NCBI GenBank assembly: GCA_964019425.1 | Contig: OZ025785.1 | Location: 1,612,001 to 1,676,000 of the forward strand | From: Flectonema sp. DT1601 | Lineage: Eukaryota | Direction: 5' to 3' | Length of the DNA stretch: 64,000 nt | Shown here: piece after piece, positions 57,372-64,000 of the stretch | How positions within the stretch are numbered: position 1 is the first letter of the stretch | Layout: every line of letters begins with the position of its first letter | Notes under the pieces: model-generated | Seen by the model: only the letters and a program-made list of their open reading frames with translations | Told to the model about the DNA's origin: nothing | The model's database searches: none | Position numbers and translations under genes: made by a program

Positions 57372-60300
57372 TCTGAACCATCTCCACCTTGGGTTCGAAT
57401 TGTTTTTGGATCGACTTTTCATCTTCTTCATCTTGTTGTTGTTTTTTTGATATTCCCTTCGTTTGTGTTGCTCTCGTCACTCATTGGCTCTTGTTATGCC
57501 AGAACATTAAAAAAAAAAAAAAAAAAAAAAAAGAAGTATTAATCGACTTGTTTTTCAGTTCTTTTTAATTTTTATATAAACATTGCACGCAGGGATTGCT
57601 CGGAGTAACTTCACCCATTTGAAAATCTCCTGGCAACCCCTGCGTGCATTGGGGTTTTGGGGTTCTTTTTTCTTTTGTACAAATAACCGGAAGTCATTTT
57701 CACCTAATTTAATATCTTCCGGGTACTGCTTTAATTTGTTCTGTTTTGTTAATTTTCTTGAAAAGAATACTTGCCCTCCATAATAGCGACTGTACTTCCT
57801 GTCTCGATCGTCCAATCCCACACCCAAACCCATAGCCACCAAAAAAAATAAACAAATAAATAATAGTAATTAAAAAAAAAAAAAACTTCACCGACCATTC
57901 TTCATGTTTTTTCTCAATTTCGCACATCCCAATCTCTGCCCCTCTTTTTTCAGGTGTACAGTCGCTGAATGAATATTAGTGTCTTGCCTTTTCCTTTTTT
58001 TTAATTTTAATTTTAATTTTAATTTTTTGTTTTTTTTCAACACACTCGCAAGTAAAAACCCTTCTTCCCTTTCCTCATCGTTGAGTAACTTTTCACACTC
58101 ACTCACCGTTTTAATCTCATTAGGGTGGAGGGGGGAATACTTGCACGGAGAGTTTACCTTGATATTCATTTTAGTTTTTACACGCAATGCTTCACTTTTC
58201 TTAATTGGGTGGTTGTGTATGTTTTTTTCTCGTAAGGTTGGAAAGAAAGGAAATTGTCCGATTTTCCGTCGGTTGGTGTGTCTGTGGAAAGATTTGTTTT
58301 GTTGGAGGAGGTTGTATGTTTCCTTTTCTGGTTTTCTGGTTTTCTTTTTTTTTTTTTTTTTTGTGAGATGTGGTTTTTAGGATGTTTATTTATCTTTTTT
58401 TTTTTTTTGGGTGTCCTTGTGTTGGATTCCAAAATGCAAATTAAGTAAAATAAAATAAAATGAATTCCTTTTTCTTTCTTTCTTCTTCATTCTAATCAGT
58501 CCAGTGACCGTTGGTCCTGTCTTGATTAGTTTTGTGGTTGTCAGAAAGAAGTGACCGTGTTCCCTTTTGCCCCCGTGTTGCGGGAGGTTTGTTTCTGTTT
58601 TATATTTTTGGGAAAAAGAGATGAAACCTAAGCTGTGGCAGCGACCTTTTTCTTTTCTTCAATTTGATTCTTTCATTTTGACTTCTGTTTGTGTGATGTG
58701 TCACAACAACTGAGAGGAGCCAACCTGTCAGTGTTGTTGTGTATTCCGCAGACGGATTCGATTCCATCTCATTTTGGAGATGAGAGAGATGGGAGTCGAT
58801 TATATTTATTTGGGTCTGCTGTTAGCACAGTTGTACTCTTTTTGTGATTTCATGTATCTTGTTGGTCATGTCTGCTTTGCTTGGTTTCATCTGCTTCTGC
58901 GCGGTCCGAATTCAAGACTGCTGCTTGTTGGGTTTAGAGCAGTGGGTCTAATTAATAGTTGATAATAACTTGTTGAATGTGTGTTCCCATTATTTATTAT
59001 CATCATCATCGTTCTTCCCTCAGTTCCTCTGCGAAGTCGCGGAGGGGTATGAGGAAAATGATAAATGTGATGATGATGATGAAAATGATGGGTTTTTCTT
59101 GAAAACATGTGTATTCCCTGCTTCTGTGGGTGTTTGCTTTGTTTTCTTCCCTTTCCGTTGAATATTAATTTACACTATTCTTTTCCTTTTTCCTTTTTCC
59201 TTTTATTTTTCTTTCTTGTGGGTTGTTGTTGTTATTGTTAACATTATAGTGCACAACACAACACAACCCACAAAAACACATGCTCTCTCTCCTTCCTGTC
59301 TTCTTCTTCTTCATGTCTTCTCATGTATGTTGAAGTGTTAGGTTGGAGGGAAATCACCATCTGGCTTCTCGTTCTTCGTTTCCTCCGTTTTCGGAGTGGT
59401 TGAAGGAGAGGCGATTAATCCTTTTTTTAGGCTAATGTCCTTGTTTTGAGTTCTGTTTTGTTTTGTTTTTTTAGTTTTTTTTATTTTCATCAGTTCAGTT
59501 TATATCGAATATTTGATTGTTAGTTTTTGAGAAGTAAATGTGTTTTGAGTGATCTCCGTTGAAGATAGAGATCGTTGTAAAAGTGTTTTCTTTTTTTGTT
59601 TATTTTACCGTTGATGTGCCTTTCTTGGACAGCTTCGGGTGCATACAACCGACTCCTTCATTTTTTAATCTTCTTCAGCAATACCCTTCCTTTTGTTTTT
59701 TAATTGTAGCCTTACATTATCATTACACCAACCTCCCCAGTTGAAGCATTGCAATTTTTAATTTCCAAAAGAATATCTGAATCTGTGAAAGTGTGTTGGG
59801 TCCTTTTTTGTTTTTATTTTTATTTTTATTTTAATTCCATCTCTTTTTTCCTTCAACCGTTTATCCTCGTTTTTCTCTTTTCGAGTACAGGATAAAGAAG
59901 GAAGTGAAGTGATGGCGATGAGGCAAGGAATAAAGTGTTTTTCTTAAAAAAAAATAAAAATAAGGCAAGTAACATGGGGGAAACTTTCCCTGTGTAATCT
60001 TCAAAAAAATAAAAAAAAAATAAAAAAAAGGGGTTCCACTCCCCGCTAATCAAAAAAAAAACAAACAAATACATACATACATACGTACATAAATAAAAAA
60101 AAACAACCAAGAAAAATAAAAATAATAATAACAAACAAAAAAATATAAATAGCAGGGGAACCTCCCTGTGAAAATAAAATAAAAAAAAAATACAAAAAAA
60201 GGGTTCCACTTCCCTAATAATTGATGTGTCTCAAAACGTTTGTTGATGTTGTTCAGATTATTGTCTTCTACAGGTTCAGGAAATTTAATGAAAGCCACAA

Positions 60301-60449
60301 GATGGAGAACAGCAGGGAGGAGGGGGTTCGTTGGGGGGAATAATGTGTTTTGTTTTATTGGGACCCTGAGTACGAGTGATTGGTGTATTGTTGTAATTAT
60401 CTTTTTTATTTCCACAGGCAGCCGTATCGAAAAGTTCTAAACCTAAATC

Positions 60450-61382
60450 ATGTTCTGGACAACGTTAACGCCGTGGGAGTCCGAGGAGGAGATCCAACGC
60501 GGTGTTGGGAATGAGAGTGGGAGAGGCACCAGTAAGCACGGTGCCTCTCCCAGAAGGGAGCATCAGAGACGGAGAGAGTCTCAGGAGAGGGAACGAAGGG
60601 ACTTGCTTCGGGGAGTGAAGGACGCGATTCGTGTTTCGGAAGATCGGGAGCAGCCGGAGGAGCAGCCATCGTTGGTGCAGCCACTACTACTACCACAAGA
60701 ACAAGAAGAACATCAACAGCTACAGCATCAACAGCAGCAGCCGTCACTACCACTACCGACGTTATATCGACCAACGCAGCAGGGGGCGACTTCGACATTA
60801 CAACATCAGCAACCTCAGCAAGAACAACGTAGAGGGCAACAACTGCAGCAAGAACAACAACAACAACAACCACTACTACTTCAGCATTCAGTACCTCAGC
60901 CGCTCACATCACAGCGTGTTTGGGGCGAACCACTGGCACAACCACAACCACAACCACAACCACAAGTACGTGCATTGTCGCTGAGCCATCCACAAGCGAT
61001 GATGCCAAACAGACAACCGCGGAGTTCATTCCGAGACCGGATGACCACCGACGCACCAACGGATGGCGACTTCTTCGTGAGACAGCTTTGTGCATGTCTT
61101 CTCGCGACAGTTATTTTGTTGTTATGTGTTGTTTATTTTGCTCGTGCGAACCCCAAAGTCGTTGAAGGATTCGGGGCTTTTTTTTCCGTTTTTCTTTTCG
61201 TAGCGAAATTGTACATTTCTCTTTTCCCTCCTCCTGTACTGATCATTGCGGTGATCAGTAGTTGGTACACGTCTACCGATTGGAAGGAATTTTTGTTTCG
61301 CTTGTGTACTTTTCCCATCCAGGTAGTCGTCTACCTGGGGGGAGTAAGTGGATTGCTGGGAAGTCGCCAGGTTAAGAAATGA
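60450..61382 (+). CDS. Gln/Pro-rich TM protein, copy 2, 310 aa
   Basis: Same as copy 1 except for one extra in-frame CCACAA (QP) unit. Confidence 0.7.
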   Translation: MFWTTLTPWESEEEIQRGVGNESGRGTSKHGASPRREHQRRRESQERERRDLLRGVKDAIRVSEDREQPEEQPSLVQPLLLPQEQEEHQQLQHQQQQPSLPLPTLYRPTQQGATSTLQHQQPQQEQRRGQQLQQEQQQQQPLLLQHSVPQPLTSQRVWGEPLAQPQPQPQPQVRALSLSHPQAMMPNRQPRSSFRDRMTTDAPTDGDFFVRQLCACLLATVILLLCVVYFARANPKVVEGFGAFFSVFLFVAKLYISLFPPPVLIIAVISSWYTSTDWKEFLFRLCTFPIQVVVYLGGVSGLLGSRQVKK

Positions 61383-64000
61383 TCTGAACCATCTCCACCT
61401 TGGGTTCGAATTGTTTTTGGATCGACTTTTCATCTTCTTCATCTTGTTGTTGTTTTTTTGATATTCCCTTCGTTTGTGTTGCTCTCGTCACTCATTGGCT
61501 CTTGTTATGCCAGAACATTAAAAAAAAAAAAAAAAAAAAAAAAGAAGTATTAATCGACTTGTTTTTCAGTTCTTTTTAATTTTTATATAAACATTGCACG
61601 CAGGGATTGCTCGGAGTAACTTCACCCATTTGAAAATCTCCTGGCAACCCCTGCGTGCATTGGGGTTTTGGGGTTCTTTTTTCTTTTGTACAAATAACCG
61701 GAAGTCATTTTCACCTAATTTAATATCTTCCGGGTACTGCTTTAATTTGTTCTGTTTTGTTAATTTTCTTGAAAAGAATACTTGCCCTCCATAATAGCGA
61801 CTGTACTTCCTGTCTCGATCGTCCAATCCCACACCCAAACCCATAGCCACCAAAAAAAATAAACAAATAAATAATAGTAATTAAAAAAAAAAAAAACTTC
61901 ACCGACCATTCTTCATGTTTTTTCTCAATTTCGCACATCCCAATCTCTGCCCCTCTTTTTTCAGGTGTACAGTCGCTGAATGAATATTAGTGTCTTGCCT
62001 TTTCCTTTTTTTTAATTTTAATTTTAATTTTAATTTTTTGTTTTTTTTCAACACACTCGCAAGTAAAAACCCTTCTTCCCTTTCCTCATCGTTGAGTAAC
62101 TTTTCACACTCACTCACCGTTTTAATCTCATTAGGGTGGAGGGGGGAATACTTGCACGGAGAGTTTACCTTGATATTCATTTTAGTTTTTACACGCAATG
62201 CTTCACTTTTCTTAATTGGGTGGTTGTGTATGTTTTTTTCTCGTAAGGTTGGAAAGAAAGGAAATTGTCCGATTTTCCGTCGGTTGGTGTGTCTGTGGAA
62301 AGATTTGTTTTGTTGGAGGAGGTTGTATGTTTCCTTTTCTGGTTTTCTGGTTTTCTGGTTTTCTTTTTTTTTTTTTTTTTTGTGAGATGTGGTTTTTAGG
62401 ATGTTTATTTATCTTTTTTTTTTTTTTGGGTGTCCTTGTGTTGGATTCCAAAATGCAAATTAAGTAAAATAAAATAAAATGAATTCCTTTTTCTTTCTTT
62501 CTTCTTCATTCTAATCAGTCCAGTGACCGTTGGTCCTGTCTTGATTAGTTTTGTGGTTGTCAGAAAGAAGTGACCGTGTTCCCTTTTGCCCCCGTGTTGC
62601 GGGAGGTTTGTTTCTGTTTTATATTTTTGGGAAAAAGAGATGAAACCTAAGCTGTGGCAGCGACCTTTTTCTTTTCTTCAATTTGATTCTTTCATTTTGA
62701 CTTCTGTTTGTGTGATGTGTCACAACAACTGAGAGGAGCCAACCTGTCAGTGTTGTTGTGTATTCCGCAGACGGATTCGATTCCATCTCATTTTGGAGAT
62801 GAGAGAGATGGGAGTCGATTATATTTATTTGGGTCTGCTGTTAGCACAGTTGTACTCTTTTTGTGATTTCATGTATCTTGTTGGTCATGTCTGCTTTGCT
62901 TGGTTTCATCTGCTTCTGCGCGGTCCGAATTCAAGACTGCTGCTTGTTGGGTTTAGAGCAGTGGGTCTAATTAATAGTTGATAATAACTTGTTGAATGTG
63001 TGTTCCCATTATTTATTATCATCATCATCGTTCTTCCCTCAGTTCCTCTGCGAAGTCGCGGAGGGGTATGAGGAAAATGATAAATGTGATGATGATGATG
63101 AAAATGATGGGTTTTTCTTGAAAACATGTGTATTCCCTGCTTCTGTGGGTGTTTGCTTTGTTTTCTTCCCTTTCCGTTGAATATTAATTTACACTATTCT
63201 TTTCCTTTTTCCTTTTTCCTTTTATTTTTCTTTCTTGTGGGTTGTTGTTGTTATTGTTAACATTATAGTGCACAACACAACACAACCCACAAAAACACAT
63301 GCTCTCTCTCCTTCCTGTCTTCTTCTTCTTCATGTCTTCTCATGTATGTTGAAGTGTTAGGTTGGAGGGAAATCACCATCTGGCTTCTCGTTCTTCGTTT
63401 CCTCCGTTTTCGGAGTGGTTGAAGGAGAGGCGATTAATCCTTTTTTTAGGCTAATGTCCTTGTTTTGAGTTCTGTTTTGTTTTGTTTTTTTAGTTTTTTT
63501 TATTTTCATCAGTTCAGTTTATATCGAATATTTGATTGTTAGTTTTTGAGAAGTAAATGTGTTTTGAGTGATCTCCGTTGAAGATAGAGATCGTTGTAAA
63601 AGTGTTTTCTTTTTTTGTTTATTTTACCGTTGATGTGCCTTTCTTGGACAGCTTCGGGTGCATACAACCGACTCCTTCATTTTTTAATCTTCTTCAGCAA
63701 TACCCTTCCTTTTGTTTTTTAATTGTAGCCTTACATTATCATTACACCAACCTCCCCAGTTGAAGCATTGCAATTTTTAATTTCCAAAAGAATATCTGAA
63801 TCTGTGAAAGTATGTTGGGTCCTTTTTTGTTTTTATTTTTATTTTTATTTTAATTCCATCTCTTTTTTCCTTCAACCGTTTATCCTCGTTTTTCTCTTTT
63901 CGAGTACAGGATAAAGAAGGAAGTGAAGTGATGGCGATGAGGCAAGGAATAAAGTGTTTTTCTTAAAAAAAAATAAAAATAAGGCAAGTAACATGGGGGA

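Larger units (their letters stand above)
54834..64000. repeat. Tandem segmental array, unit ~4.02 kb (54834-58861, 58862-62880, 62881 to window end)
   Basis: Identical sequence and ORF sets recur at offsets of about 4.0 kb; TTGGTCATGTCTGC starts at 54834, 58862 and 62881. Confidence 0.97.

Overview
Eukaryotic nuclear DNA, most likely from a protist. I infer a euglenozoan (diplonemid-like) from three things: every credible gene is on the + strand, most start codons follow a pyrimidine tract + AG, and the gene families fit. Layout: (1) 1-18.7 kb is AT-rich with poly-T/poly-A tracts and no credible ORF, but has one long RNA-like hairpin near 10.6 kb. (2) 18.7-49.5 kb is a co-directional cluster of 13 genes: ER-type FKBP, alpha/beta hydrolase, GT15 mannosyltransferase, iGluR-like channel, adenylate kinase, multi-TM pseudo-lipase, dual-specificity phosphatase, kringle/mucin multi-TM protein, PB1+SH2-like protein, a small orphan, a Cys-loop ligand-gated channel, a TM pseudo-cyclase and an FAD monooxygenase. 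(3) 49.5-54.8 kb is non-coding with small structured repeats. (4) 54.8-64 kb is a near-identical ~4.02 kb tandem array (2.3 copies visible) carrying a Gln-rich membrane protein gene. Eight GT-AG introns were reconstructed by hand. Top observations: an anion-type channel with a canonical C-x13-C loop and an EF-hand-like pair in its M3-M4 loop; an SH2-like domain fused to PB1; and cis-introns with U/G-rich starts and A/C-rich ends that can pair, unlike the pyrimidine-rich 5' acceptors. All protein calls come from motif recognition by eye; no database searches were run.
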